A DNA stretch of 64,000 nucleotides from positions 124,001-188,000 of the forward strand of contig MCFE01000047.1 in NCBI GenBank assembly GCA_002104905.1, given 5' to 3'. Position numbers and translations under genes: made by a program. A model generated the notes under the pieces. The model saw only the letters and a program-made list of their open reading frames with translations. It made no database searches and was not told where the DNA came from. Below, piece by piece: positions 14,306 to 27,593 of the stretch. Each line of letters opens with the position of its first letter. Positions within the stretch are counted from its first letter, which is position 1. The DNA is from Basidiobolus meristosporus CBS 931.73 (lineage: Eukaryota > Fungi > Basidiobolomycota).

Positions 14306-16210
14306 ATGACCGAAGTTGCTAAAGCCCCCGCCCCCAACACCAGTTCTGGTTCCAACTCCTCTTTCAAAGATAAATCCAAGCCTATCGAGGTTAGACTCAG
14401 CAACATCACTGCTGCTAAAGGTACTTTTTCTTCCCTTGCGCAATCCAGTGCTCCCAGTGCGCCCGATTCTAATGTTACTATGCAGCTGTTGCTGATGCCG
14501 TCAGAACTTCCCTCGGTCCCAAGGGTATGGACAAGATGGTAAGTTTGATCCGACCAGCTGCCTGTCATACGTGTGTACTGATCCACTCTTCTCAGATCCA
14601 AACCAGCTCCGGCGAGGTTGTTATCACCAACGATGGTGCCACCATTCTTAAGCACATGGCTGTCTTGCATCCTGCCGCCAAGATGGTACGAGTCTTTAGT
14701 ATATGCCACCAATCTTCCAAAACCGTGATCTAACTTTAACAATAGTTGGTTGATCTGTCAGCTGCCCAAGACGTCGAAGCTGGTGACGGCACCACCTCTG
14801 TTGTGGTTCTTGCTGGTAGCCTGTTGACTGCCGCTGAGAAGCTTCTCTCCAAAGGTAATCATCACTCTAACCCTTTTGCTGGAAGCTGAGCTAACCTGTA
14901 ACGTTAGGCATCCACCCTACCACCATCGCCGAGTCCTTCCAACGTGCTGCCGCTAAGACCACCGAGATTTTGAGCGAAATGGCCACAAAGATTGATTTGT
15001 CTGATAGAGACTCTCTTCTCAAGAGTGCCAGCACCTCCTTGAACTCCAAGGTAAGCTCAGGTTTTGCGAAGCCATCCTGGCAACTCCCCCTGACCCGATC
15101 CTCCTCTAGATTGTCTCCCAATACTCCAACTTGTTGTCCCCTATTGCCGTCGACGCCGTTATGAAGGTCATCGAGCCATCCACCGCTACCAACGTTGATT
15201 TGAAGGACATCCGTATCGTCAAGAAGGTTGGCGGTACCATCGACGATACCGAGCTCATTGACGGCTTGGTGTTGACCCAGAACGTCATCAAATCCGCCGG
15301 TGGCCCTACCCGTGTTGAGAAGGCCAAGATCGGATTGATCCAATTCCAGCTCTCCCCTCCCAAGCCCGACATGGAGAACCAGATCATCGTTAACGACTAC
15401 CGTCAAATGGACAAGATCTTGAAGGAAGAAAGACAATACCTTTTGAACATGTGCAAGAAGATCAAGAAGGCTGGATGTAACGTCGTTCTTATCCAAAAGT
15501 CCATCCTCAGAGATGCCGTGAACGATCTTTCTCTCCATTTCTTGGCCAAGCTCAAGATTTTGGTCATCAAGGATATCGAAAGAGATGAGGTCGAGTTCAT
15601 CTGCAAGAGCACCGGATGCAAGCCTATTGCCGATGTGGACTCCTTCACCGAAGACAAGTTGGGCTATGCCGACCTCTTGGAAGAGGTCAACAATGACGGC
15701 ACCCGCGTTGTCAAGGTCACTGGTGTCAAGAACGCCGGCCGCACCGTTTCGGTTCTTTGCCGCGGCGCCAACGGCTTGGTTCTTGAGGAAGCCCACAGAT
15801 CTTTGCACGATGCCCTCTGCGTCATCAGATGCTTGGTCAAGAAGAAGGCACTTGTTGCTGGTGGTGGTGCTCCCGAGATTGAAGTCTCCCAGAGCCTTAT
15901 GGAGTATGCCAAGACCCTCAAGGGCATGGAGGCTCACTGCTTCCAAGCATTCGCCGAAGCCTTGGAGGTCATCCCTACCACTTTGGCCGAGAACGCTGGA
16001 TTGAACCCCATTGGCATCGTCACCGAGCTCCGCAACAAGCACGCTCAAGGCGAGAAGACTGCGGGGATCAACGTGCGCAAGGGAACCATTACAAACATCC
16101 TTGAGGAGAACGTTATCCAGCCCCTTCTCGTATCCACCAGTGCCATTGAGCTCGCTGCCGAAACCGTCAAGATGATCCTTAAGATTGATGATATTGTTCA
16201 AACTCGTTAA
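14306..16210 (+). CDS. CCT4: Chaperonin CCT/TRiC delta subunit
   Basis: [62 protein letters not shown]. Five canonical introns. Confidence 0.97.
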
Positions 16211-16488
16211 AGTCATCAGGAACCCCGAGTCCCTTGTTCATTCTTGTATTACTAAATTCTGAGTCGAACACCTGCTTGTTAGAGCGAAAGACCCCTCACA
16301 TTTTATTTCACTACTCTCCTCCTTTTGCTCTCCCCTTCTCTTTATCTTTCTCTCCCTCTCGTGGCTTCACCATTTCTTTTCATCCCTCAACACACGAAAG
16401 GTGGAAAATAAATCATAACTAGACCAACAAACACCTCGCCATGGTCAAAGCCAAAGCATTCCATACTTTTTATAAGAAACCGATGAAT

Positions 16489-17158
16489 TCAACCATGCCT
16501 GGTCTGGGTATGATGTTCATTGCTGTGAGGAGGTGGCTTCTGGTCTAGGTTTTTCCAACTCCAGCTTCTTGCGGATCTGATGCTCCTTGAGGGTATTTAC
16601 AATCGTCTCGATCTGGTGGAGCTTCACACGTCGTTGGTATTGGCAGACCTCCCTTGGGAATGGTTTCGGTCAATAAATGCGTGGTGATGGATCGCTTCTT
16701 GAACGCTGAACGGTTTCTTACCAGGATATGATCGACACCAAGGCGAAGCCACCAACTGCCCAGTTACAGGCCGACTTGATATTCTCTGTCCAAAGCAAGT
16801 TCAGGGTAAATAAGCGCACTGTAGGGGCGAAGAGAAGGGGTGTACTCTACTTTTGAGGAGGAAATGGCCAACACCGATTCCGGTGCCGCTGCCTATTCCG
16901 TACAGCACGCTGTCCCGAAAACAAGGCATCTTCGGAGCATGAGAGAAGTCCTTCATGGACAATGTCTAGCACACATACGAACACCAAGTCTTACGGTTAG
17001 AGAAACCAGTTGGCTCGCCCGTCACCCTACTCTGTTCCAAACTATACCTTCATGACGTCCGACACGCTGGCCACCGGTTGCTCAGCGACGTGCTCGGCAT
17101 TCTGCTGGAAATCCACTATCTTCTCGGTGGTGGTTGGCTGTTCGCTCTTGTCGCTCAT
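16489..17158 (-). CDS. COX20: Cytochrome c oxidase assembly factor COX20, 4 exons
   Basis: Hand-spliced protein ...KMPCFRDSVLYGIGSGTGIGVGHFLL...SACNWAVGGFALVSIISWEVCQYQRR. All introns are GT-AG and in phase. Absent from the ORF track. Confidence 0.85.
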
Positions 17159-17606
17159 AATGTTCGGTTGACTTGACTTGGTTCTGTCTATGTTGTGTTG
17201 AAAGGAATCTCTATCCTTATGCTATCAATGTTGAGTTGAAGGGAGTCTCTATCTTTATGACTACTAATAAAATTTTAGCCTGACTGCATCCCCCGAGATT
17301 CTCGAAAATAAAAATCCTTCAACACATGCTGGATGGCTGTTTAGCTCAATGGATCTGGGCGAATTCGGTGATGACGATGAATTTGGATTGAGGCTAGGGC
17401 TAGGGTTAGGGTTGGGCAGGGTTTATTTGTATGCTATGTATTACAAATTTTCTAGGCGTTTGTGGATCAACCATAGTAGATTCGGGTATAATTCTATTAG
17501 TCTAGAGATGGTGGCTTCTCTCTGGAGAACTGCCAGTGGGCATTCGACTGCCAATTTGTTGATTAGGGAGGCTAGAAGAGAGGAGTGAGATGACATCATA
17601 TGCTTT

Positions 17607-19712
17607 TCATAATACTCGTACAGCTTGGATTAGGCGATTCAAAAGGAGTACAAAATGCTCATCAGTATTGATGCTCACTGAGAGGTTGAAATCCCAGGCC
17701 CATATAAATGTCCCGCATGCCATCTTGAAGTACCTCTCGAATTCAAAGTACTCGCCCAGCTTGTGGAATATGGAGTTCGAGTACTGGATGGAGTGGATCC
17801 AAACATCTAGTAGAAGCCTGGACAATTCTTGGGCCTGCAATGAAGCCTTAGTTTGGACAGAAGCATGGATGACTCGAAGTGACTGCAAGTTACCTTCGCC
17901 ATGGTGTTGGTGTTGTGCGTCCATTTAAGCAGGTGGACACTGATCAATCCCAAAGCGCTTAGCAATCTCGTATACATCCTAGGTGAAGCGCATCGTGTTG
18001 TTAGTGGCATTTCAGATACATCAGATGGATAGCATGCACCAACCTAGGGCTTAAAGTGTTGCAGAGCATTTCCCCAATCTCCAACACGCCCAGTCGAAGG
18101 TTGGATTCGTCATTGTTCTTGAGAATGGCTGGATTGGAACCCTCCAACGACCAAATGTTCTGTAGATCCTTGAAGTCTATCCACTAGGAATGGGGTTACT
18201 ATCTTTGACATACGGCGAACTTCAAGCAGATGTTCTTACGTTGTCGAAGCCCTCTTCTTCCATTGGTCGCATGCCTGTATCCAAATCGACTTCGAACTTG
18301 TTGAGATCGAACGAGCTTGCACAAAACTCAGTCAGCCAGTGCGGTGGTTGTAACTGGTGGGAAAGCGCGTTAACAAAAGCCTTCGAAGGGGTTCTTTGAA
18401 AAAAGTACCTTCTGAACATCCCTGGTGCTAAATATTCCCAGGGCCTTCAGATAATTCAACGTGGGCTGTAATTGATCTGGAAACTCGCCAGCATAGTATC
18501 GGATCCTAATGAGCCGTTGTTATGGTTGGGCTCGCGAGTAGATATATGCAAAGATGCTTACAGGAACCTCAATGGAGCACAATCGTGGATATCTTTCGAG
18601 GTCAATATCTAGACAAAGAACATCAGCAGGGGTCACAGTGACGATTGTTTTTGGCTGAGCCAAACCCTTGATAGATGCCACGCGGTTTGCTGTACTCTGG
18701 TGGGAGCGTTCACCAACTGCTCGAGCTCGCTGATACAATCATGAAGTCTATGATGAAAAGTTGGTCAGTATTGAGTACCAATGGATTGCTCCCTTTCATG
18801 GTGATACCCACCTGATGCTTAGACTTTTTTGAATGGTTTTCTGCGCGCAATCTAAAGGTTTGCCTTCATCTACAAGAGCTATACATTGGTCTACCAGGCC
18901 CTTGAGCTCAATATTGTCGTATCCACTGATAAAGCTAATCTAGAAGGAATGTGAGCCTTGATGACTGAGCACAAACCACTTGGCGAACTCTACCCGTTTC
19001 AAGCTGATCAGGAATTCCTCACGATCCTCGTCCGTGCCAGGGAACTCAGCAAAGAATGATGCACAGTTGACTATAATGAAATTCATAATCCAGTTCAAGA
19101 CCGGGCTCTGTATCCCGCCTGACTTAAGATGCCCCAAGAAAAAGTCGAAGAGAAGTGGTCGACACACAACTACCAGCAGCCAACGCGAGAATGTTAGTTC
19201 TCTGTTCGTGTCAATATAGTTTCTAAGCAAACCGGTAAGTACATTGCTCTTCCTCGGTTTCAATCTGGTTGATCATACGAAGCAGCGCGGTAAATAAATC
19301 GGGCTGTAAGCACTTTCCCAAATTTGAGCCCAGAGCCTCCAAAGTGAAGCGGCAGTTGAACTACAATATCAAAGAAGCAGTTCAGAAAAGGGCTGGCCAA
19401 GCGCGGTGGGTCCGAGTGGCTACCTGGATGCTCTCCATTTCTGTGAGCCCATGTTGAGCGGTAGAGCATATAAGTCCAAATAGCACATCAGAATAGGTGG
19501 AGAAACTCGAGCTTGACATAACACGAGAATGTTAGCTTCGCGGAACAATTCGCTGCGCATAAATAAACCATTGTTCACCTGTCCCAGCTGGGCTTTAAAG
19601 ATGGGATCAGCGGAGCCCAACCGCGTAGATGAAGATCGGCGAACTTTTTGGAGTATGGATGCAAGCATTCTATATGATTAACGAGCTCCTTGACTAAGCT
19701 GGCGAAATCCAT
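17607..19712 (-). CDS. Uncharacterised protein with at least 12 exons (~430 aa)
   Basis: Eleven consecutive GT-AG introns, several with ctaac/ctgac-like branch points, join into one stop-free frame (MDFASLVKELVNHIECLHPY...FNCRFTLEALG...LIRYYAGEFPDQL...WIDFKDLQNIW...). No family recognised. Both termini uncertain. Confidence 0.75.
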
Positions 19713-20033
19713 CTTCTGGAGCGTTAGTGGACAGTAGCAACTCTTTGAAAAACTTTGGTACTACCACTAGTCAACTTAAGTGACCAAAAGAAGTCACATC
19801 AACGATAAACAACCATGATCTTAACTCGAAAAGTTTTCGAGTTGATTTATCTGGGCTACTTGGATATGTCAATCGTGATTCCCGAGTAGCGAATGATCGT
19901 GCATGATTCTCACCCTCGCGGTTTTTAAGTTGCCATCGAATTCTTTTCGGAGTTCTTCCTTTTCAGCCATCCTTTGGTGTTGGATATCGTAACGTTTTTA
20001 CTCGGTCATCCATCTAATTAAAGCTATCTAAAC

Positions 20034-20649
20034 ATGCCCCCAAAGGCCGATCCCAACGAAGTCAAGATTAGTAAGTGAGCCTGTACTCCTGGTTATTCGG
20101 ATGTTGTTGTTAACTGGCGTTTGTAGTCTACCTCAGAGCTACTGGTGGTGAGGTTGGTGCCTCTTCTGCTCTTGCTCCCAAGATTGGTCCTCTTGGTCTT
20201 TCCCCCAAGAAGGTTGGTGAAGATATTGCCAAGGCTACTCAAGAATGGAAGGGTCTTCGTATCACCGTTCAATTGACCATCCAAAACCGTCAAGCCGCTG
20301 TTTCTGTTGTTCCATCTGCCTCTTCCTTGGTCATCAGAGCTCTCAAGGAGCCTATCCGTGACCGCAAGAAGGAGAAGAACATCAAGCACTCCGGAAACAT
20401 CACCTTGGACGATGTTATCGAGATCGCCAGAACCATGCGCTACAAGTCTTTGGCTCGTGAGTTGAGCGGTACCGTCAAGGAAATCCTTGGTACCTGCTTC
20501 TCCGTTGGCTGCACCGTCGACGGTCAAAACCCCAAGGATCTCACCGATGCCATCGATGCTGGTGAAGTCGAGATTCCCGTAAGTTGACCATGGCTGCTGA
20601 ACTACCTCACCCTGCATCGCACTAACCTAACGTTCTATAGGAAAACTAA
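20034..20649 (+). CDS. RPL12: 60S ribosomal protein L12 (uL11)
   Basis: [46 protein letters not shown]...[20 protein letters not shown]. Two canonical introns. Confidence 0.97.
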
Positions 20650-20945
20650 ATAATCCTTGGTTTTTATGAGGGCACTCTTGACAATAAACTTTCCATTTTA
20701 ATACATTTATGCGGTAGTCACCAATGTTTTGGAACGCGCGCGATATCCGGGTCCATGAGTTGATCGTTTCATGCTTGTCCGGGATATCCAGCACAAGCGC
20801 TAGAGGAAGGGTGTTTCGGTGTTTTAGCTGCCGTATGGTAGAGGTTTATGAGCGGTTTATTGCCAAACATACATGAATAAAATGGTTCTCAACAAGTTCA
20901 CTTTGTAAGCTTTATTCAACTGTATAATTCTAGTGAAGAGGGTGC

Positions 20946-21654
20946 TTAGAATCTGAGCTTAGTGAAGAACCACTTGTTCTTTCCGGTGGTATAACTGGAG
21001 GAATCGATTGTTAGCTTGGGCTTAGGGCGGGTCGTAGAAACATAGGCTTACCGCTCCTCGAAAAGCTTCTTGATGGCCTTCTTGGAAGCGTTTCTTTGGG
21101 TAGGCTCCTTGAAAGATTCGGGGGAAACAGCCTTCTTGATTTCTTCCAACTCCAAACCATATCTACGACCAGGCGGTTTAGTATTGGCCATTTGGGTGAT
21201 TCGTCGATTGTCGGCTTACCTGGTGGGCATGATGTGGTTGTAGTTGACAACCTTGATGAAAGGCTTGACCTTGGAGCGCTTGGAGATGCGCTTCTTGCCC
21301 ATGGACTTGTTCACCTTAAGAGGATATCTTTCGACACCAGCGACGATGGCATGACCGTAAGCACGTTCTTTGGTACCTTCATCAAAATGTACAAACAAAA
21401 ACAAAAATCAAGGTCATTCAAATCTATGTGTGGTTCAGTTGGTAGTGGTGCAAGAACATGACAAGTGCAATATGAATCAGTCAGAAATGATTGGTATTTT
21501 TTACAACTACGACTTTCTTGCCAGCGTAGCGGCCTTGGAGAACGATAGCAACCTAGTGTATTCTCGCGGTTAGCGCCATCTCGTCTGCTTCTGAATGGAT
21601 GGATGCCACTTGGAAGAATGATATTACCTTGCCGGGTTTAATGAATTTGACCAT
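20946..21654 (-). CDS. RPL27: 60S ribosomal protein L27 (eL27); second intron has AT-AC termini
   Basis: [53 protein letters not shown]...[19 protein letters not shown]...[11 protein letters not shown]. Confidence 0.96.
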
Positions 21655-22026
21655 TTTCGTGCGAGGTATCTGCCAAGAGATAGAGGGTTTTTTCCATACA
21701 CACCATCGTTACCTTTAACTGATTCCCCGGATCCAGTGGATCGCCTCCTATCCCTCGTTCTGCAAATCAAGCACCCCAAATCACGGATCCCGAGCCAGTC
21801 AGTGCAGCGCTTCAAGGGCTTTTAGTTTAAGATCACGCTATCTCGATCAAGATAACCAGAATGTTGAGCCATGGTATGTGGATGTGATCTTAAAGTTAAC
21901 TAGAATCCAGATTAATCGCATATTTTTGTTCCTTTTTTTTTTCGTGACAGGCTCAAGTACCAAGAATACTGCGAAATTTAGAACTCCTTTATTACCTCCT
22001 TCGCAGAACGTGATAGAGTGAACAAT

Positions 22027-23350
22027 ATGGCTATTGACCGTAAGACAGACGAAAAACTCACCTTCGAGACCAGTGAAAGCGTCAAGGTGGTTTCCACCTT
22101 TGATCAGCTCGGTTTGAAGGAAGATCTTCTACGTGGCATCTATGCCTACAGTAAGTCATCACCTCGCACCCATGCGGTTGGCCGTATTGACTTTTCTCGT
22201 GGCTAACCAGCTTAACTCCGTAGATTTCGAAAAGCCCTCCGCCATCCAGCAACGTGCCATTGCTCCTATCATGAAAGGACGCGACGTGATTGCTCAGGCT
22301 CAATCTGGTACCGGTAAAACTGCCACCTTCTCCATCTCCATCCTCCAAACTGTCGACACCTCGATCCGTGAGACACAAGCTTTGGTCCTTGCTCCTACCC
22401 GTGAGCTTGCCACCCAGATTCAAAACGTAGTCTTGGCTTTAGGAGATTACATGAACGTGCAGTGCCACGCCTGCATCGGTGGCACAAGCGTGGGTGAAGA
22501 CATTCGTAAGCTCGATTATGGACAGCACGTAGTTACCGGTACTCCCGGAAGAGTATACGACATGATTCGTAGACGTAACTTGCGCACACGTAACATTAAA
22601 ATGCTTATCCTCGATGAGGCTGATGAGCTACTCAATCGTGGGTTCAAAGACCAGATCTATGACGTTTACCGCTACTTGCCACCATCCACCCAAGTGGTAT
22701 TGCTCAGCGCCACACTCCCACATGACGTGCTTGAGCTTACCACCAAGTTCATGACCGACCCAATCCGCATTTTGGTCAAACGTGATGAGCTTACCTTGGA
22801 AGGGATCAAACAATTTTTCGTAGCCGTGGAGAAGGAGGAGTGGAAGTTTGATACCCTCTGCGATCTGTACGATACCTTGACCATTACGCAAGCCGTAATC
22901 TTTTGCAACACCAGAAGAAAGGTCGATTGGTTGACCGAGAAAATGAGAGAAGCCAACTTCACGGTGTCCTCCATGCACGGAGAAATGCCCCAGAAAGAGA
23001 GAGACTCCATTATGCAGGAGTTCCGACAGGGCGCTAGTCGTGTGCTGATTACCACCGACGTCTGGGCCCGTGGTATTGACGTCCAGCAAGTCTCCCTGGT
23101 CATCAACTATGACCTTCCGTCCAATCGTGAAAACTACATTCATCGGTAAGGTTTCATCCCATCAGACATATCAGAGGCGGATACTAATGAGCATCGTTAA
23201 TATAGTATTGGTCGTTCCGGAAGATTCGGTCGTAAGGGTGTGGCCATCAACTTCGTCAAGAACGACGATGTCAAAATCCTACGCGATATAGAACAATACT
23301 ACAGTACACAGATTGATGAGATGCCAATGAACGTCACCGATCTGATCTAA
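22027..23350 (+). CDS. FAL1: DEAD-box helicase eIF4AIII
   Basis: [69 protein letters not shown]. Two introns. Confidence 0.95.
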
Positions 23351-23565
23351 GTCTTGATCTCTTACTCGCATATCAACCACCCAAGAAATGAACCCCCCTT
23401 CCCCCATAATTCTTTGCGTTGGATGGGCTATGTACATTATTCGAACACAATAAAGAGAACCCCACCCCGATGACACACCGACTCTTTGGCAAGAAAGGTT
23501 TATTGATGAGTATGCTGTATATGATGATATGGGAATATTGGGTGGAATAGGAAGACCAATTGATC

Positions 23566-25189
23566 CTAGTTTTCTACGATTTCACCAATCTTTTGGCCGA
23601 CACGGACCACTTGGTCGGGCTTAAGGTTGAACTTGAAGTTCTTGGGCGCTTCGAACACCAGCACAATGGTGGAACCGAGACGGAATCCGCCAACCTCGTC
23701 ACCAGCACGGAGTGGATATCCACCCAAACGGTTGCTGTAGCTCTCGTACGAAACTTGAGTGTAAGTCCCTTGTGGGATGACCTCCTTCTGGTTGGTGCGA
23801 AGTTCCTAATGGCCAATGGTTAGTACCTGATGCAACGGATCCACACAACACCATCAAGTTACTTTGTCGAAGTTGATCTTGATAGAGCCAACATTGGTGG
23901 CTCCAACGGGGGCCATGGCGAAGAAACCATGACGCCACTGGCCCATCAGCACTACACGCTCGTTGAGAACGAAGAGGTTGGAGAGGAGCTTAACCATGTA
24001 CGGGGAAACGGAGAAGAGCTCGCCTGAAACCCGAAACAAATCAGTTAAATGTTCGTGTTGATTCACACACTACTACCGCTCACCAGCGAAGTGACGTCTG
24101 TTCTTCACAACCCAGTTTGTGGGCGAATGGAAGCGATGATAGTCCCCGGGGGCAAGATAGATAACACAGAAGAAAAGCTCATTCCCCTCTTTCAACGGTG
24201 GAATATGGTACTGCTCGGATTTATCCGACTGTAGGGCAACCTCCCCATTTTCACCCAAAAGCTTGTCAAGGGAATACGAGATACCGTTCACATTCGCAAA
24301 TTCTTCTTCATCGGCGATATTGCTAACGTGAGCGTTGTTGATCCACTCGTTACTTTGACCATTACCATTCCCGATAAACGCATCCAAGTTGTATGTGAAT
24401 CCCTTGATCTGCTCTACTACTCGACCCTCAACAACACCAAAATGAAGGACCTTTCCATCTGAGGGGCTTACCTGGTTGGTTGTCAAGAATGTGAGCACCA
24501 GAAAGCGATGCAAATGTATGTCTACCTACCATGATTCCTTCCTCGATTGGTCTGGCTCCCGGTTTCAATGTTCTGTAGAAGAAATCACCCAAGTTCGGGT
24601 AGGATTTCAAGTCGGGATTTTCCATCTCATCCAAATTGCAGCCAAAAACCCAACTGTAGAACTTGTATCCAGGTTCGCGGAGCCATACGGGCAAGGTCAC
24701 CCCGTTGAATGACCCAAAGAGACGAGAGAGTGCTTTCAATGGAAGAGCGCCAAAGACATGTACCTTTCGTAGTATCCTTTCTGTTAGGCAAAATAACTGG
24801 GAGTAGCAGAAGGAGCTTTATCGAAATACCTGCCAGGGGCCGACCACTACGGGTGCTCTGTGCTCGCCAATTTCGGCTTGCTTTTGGGCCTCTCTTTCAC
24901 GGACATGGGTATAGTGTTGGAAACCAATATACGCTAGACCTAGGCCGACTGGAATTGGTGCCCACTCAATTGGCGTGTCTTTAATCTTTTTTCTTAAAGT
25001 TGCTAAACAAGTAACAAGCGGTTTAGTGGAAGCCCCAAAACATGCATAGCACCAATTTGAAATAATTATACCGAAATTCTGACTAGCGCCATATCTTGAG
25101 GCAGTGTAGTGGAATTTGCGACTAGGTGTCAGCACAGAGTGGGATTTGAAGGCTCGAAGGAGCGGGCTTCTGGTGCTATATCTCAACAT
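23566..25189 (-). CDS. PSD1: Mitochondrial phosphatidylserine decarboxylase
   Basis: Presequence-like N-terminus, [36 protein letters not shown], and the FRLGSTIVL autocleavage motif. Canonical introns. Confidence 0.95.
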
Positions 25190-25660
25190 TAGGTCTCGTT
25201 AACAATTCACCTTCGGACTTTCGAAGACCACCTTTTTGACGTGACAACTGCAGGTTTTTTTACAAAAAATTCACATTCCTCTGGGATGATTAAATATCGA
25301 AAAGATAAGTCACAACCATCACCACTCACGATAATTACGCATTCAGCATAATGTGCATAAGTTAGGAAAGTTGAATAAGCAGTTGACCGGGGTTGATTTA
25401 CTCGCCTTAAATAGCTATCAAAAATAACCCCGTGAATGCGGCAACAGAGAGTATTGCGTCACATCCAAACATATTACTGCTTTATCTTGAGACTTACACA
25501 GCATCCACAGTGAAAAAAAAAGAAATTTTTTTGTCTCCTCTATTCTAAATCGATATAATCCAATCAGATCATTGGGAAAATGTCCTATAAAGTAAAAGCC
25601 GCCTAACAACTCACCTCTTGCTTTCTTCTCAGACATTTCGAAGTAGAGTTATTCTTTATC

Positions 25661-26264
25661 ATGGCTTTCCGTCGTCCAGGTCACAACATTTGCTATAACT
25701 GCGGTGGTTCCGGCCATCAAGCCAAGGATTGCACCAAGACCGAACCCGTCTGGTAAAATAGTCTCCACCCTTCCTTTTCACCAGCCCACTCTTTAACACC
25801 ATTCTATAGCTACAACTGCAACCAAACTGGCCACATCAGCCGTGAGTGCAAGGAGCCTGCTGCTGCCAAGACTTGTTACAGATGCGGAGAGAGCGATCAC
25901 CTTGTAAGTATCGTCACTGTGTGGTTTATGACTTCTCAGACACTAATCGTTCTTTGTACAGTCTCGTGATTGCCCCAAGACCCTCGCCGAAGGACCCGAA
26001 TGCTACAAGTGCGGTCAATCTGGACATATGTCTAGAGCCTGCCCTGAAAACGCCAACAGCGGACGCAACGCTGGCAAGAGCTGCTACTCCTGCGGTGGTT
26101 ACGGCCATATGTCCCGCGATTGCTCCAAGGGTAGCAAGTGCTATAACTGCGGCAACACTGGCCATATTTCTCGCGACTGTACCGAGAAGTCTAACCAATC
26201 ATGCTATGCCTGCGGTGGTCAAGGACACATCAGCCGTGATTGCCCCGACAGAGCTCAGGCTTAG
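25661..26264 (+). CDS. GIS2: CCHC zinc-knuckle RNA-binding protein (CNBP/Gis2/Byr3 family)
   Basis: Seven CX2CX4HX4C knuckles ([28 protein letters not shown], etc.). Two introns. Confidence 0.9.
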
Positions 26265-26703
26265 ATGGACTCGAGATATTTTCAGTATAAAACAGTTGGT
26301 GTTGAGATAGGGGAGTAAAAAGTAGTGGAGTACTGTGGCAGTGGCACTATACCTTAAATGATTAATGTTCTTAATCTCCTACCCTTTATCGTTGAAAAAT
26401 GTCGTACATATGTACTATACCATTTTCCTCCTTTTGTAAATTCTCTTTCATCGCCAATTTGCTTATTATTTTACGAAATTTAGTCTGAACCAACAGCAAT
26501 ATAAACCATTAATTCAACCATCTCCTTGTCTATCATGCTGATAGGGATTTTCCCGGAATGCGCCAATTGTTGTCACTCCATGATGGAAATTCCAGCCACT
26601 AAAATGATGTTACGTCCATGCTGGAATGTTGGTGAAATATGCCCAAGGAACCAGTGGATGCTTTTTAAGCTGTTGTTTTTCTTTCTGGGAAGTTTTTAGT
26701 AGA

Positions 26704-27154
26704 ATGAGTGTTGTCCCGGCAGTGAAGAAGCTCGTTTCGAAGTATCATTCGGACACCCCGCAGAGTCTGAAGCTCATAGATGCGTACCTAGTTTACATTT
26801 TGTTTACCGGCATCTTCCAGTTCGTTTACTGTGTAATTGTTGGCACCTACCCATATAATGCTTTCCTCGCTGGCTTCATATCTACTGTGAGCTCTTTCGT
26901 GTTGGCAGGTAACCCGGCCTTTTTTATCCTAGTTGGCCTTCGATTCCCAAGCTAATTCCAGTTGTTTACAGCCAATCTTCGCATACAAACTAACAAGAAA
27001 AACAAAGATTTTCCCGCCGTCTCTAATGAAAGGTAATCTTCAAATAATTGCGTATATGCTGTTCATCCTCTAACTGTTCGCCACCAGAGCTTTCGCCGAT
27101 TTCGTTGTTGGTAGCCTTGTGGTGCATTTGATTGTTGCAAACTTCCTTGGTTGA
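26704..27154 (+). CDS. OST2: Oligosaccharyltransferase subunit OST2/DAD1
   Basis: [53 protein letters not shown]...ERAFADFV...NFLG*. Confidence 0.95.
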
Positions 27155-27593
27155 TCCGATGATATGCTTGCATATATCTTATCACTGATTGCGCTCGAAC
27201 ACATTTATGTTGGATGACCTTTGATTTTTACAACTGCTTGTTCAATATCCTTGAAAACCTTTTGGGGCATTATTGGTTCCTTCTGAATGTCATCCATAAT
27301 AAAGCATCCAAGACCCACCCTCCCATTGACACAAAGTCCCAATATGAGGAATGATCACCTAGTGACGTTCTAGAATTGTTCATTCCCAACATCTCATTCC
27401 ACATCAGGATGAATCATCAAGTTTTGCGGCCCCCCCAAATTTTCGAGCAACTCAGCAATGAATTTGGGGGGCACTCGGATGTGACCTGATTCAGATCAGG
27501 TTCCCCAGTAAATACGGCTCGACTGATAGCAATATTATTTCGCCAGTGTATGTTGTAGCCACTTTCCTTTGAACCTCTGATTCAATAGTTAAA

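Noticed and set aside
14891-16216. 441-aa minus-strand ORF, and similar long antisense ORFs over MCM5, FAL1, RPL12, LAP and GLC3
   Set aside because: These are shadow frames of strongly codon-biased sense genes and show no protein motifs of their own.
21389-21497. Alternative explanations for the RPL27 intron: GT-AG splicing, micro-exon, nested intron or intronic snoRNA
   Set aside because: Every GT/AG combination gives a stop or frame error. No micro-exon encodes the needed residues, and there is no properly ordered C/D or H/ACA box set.
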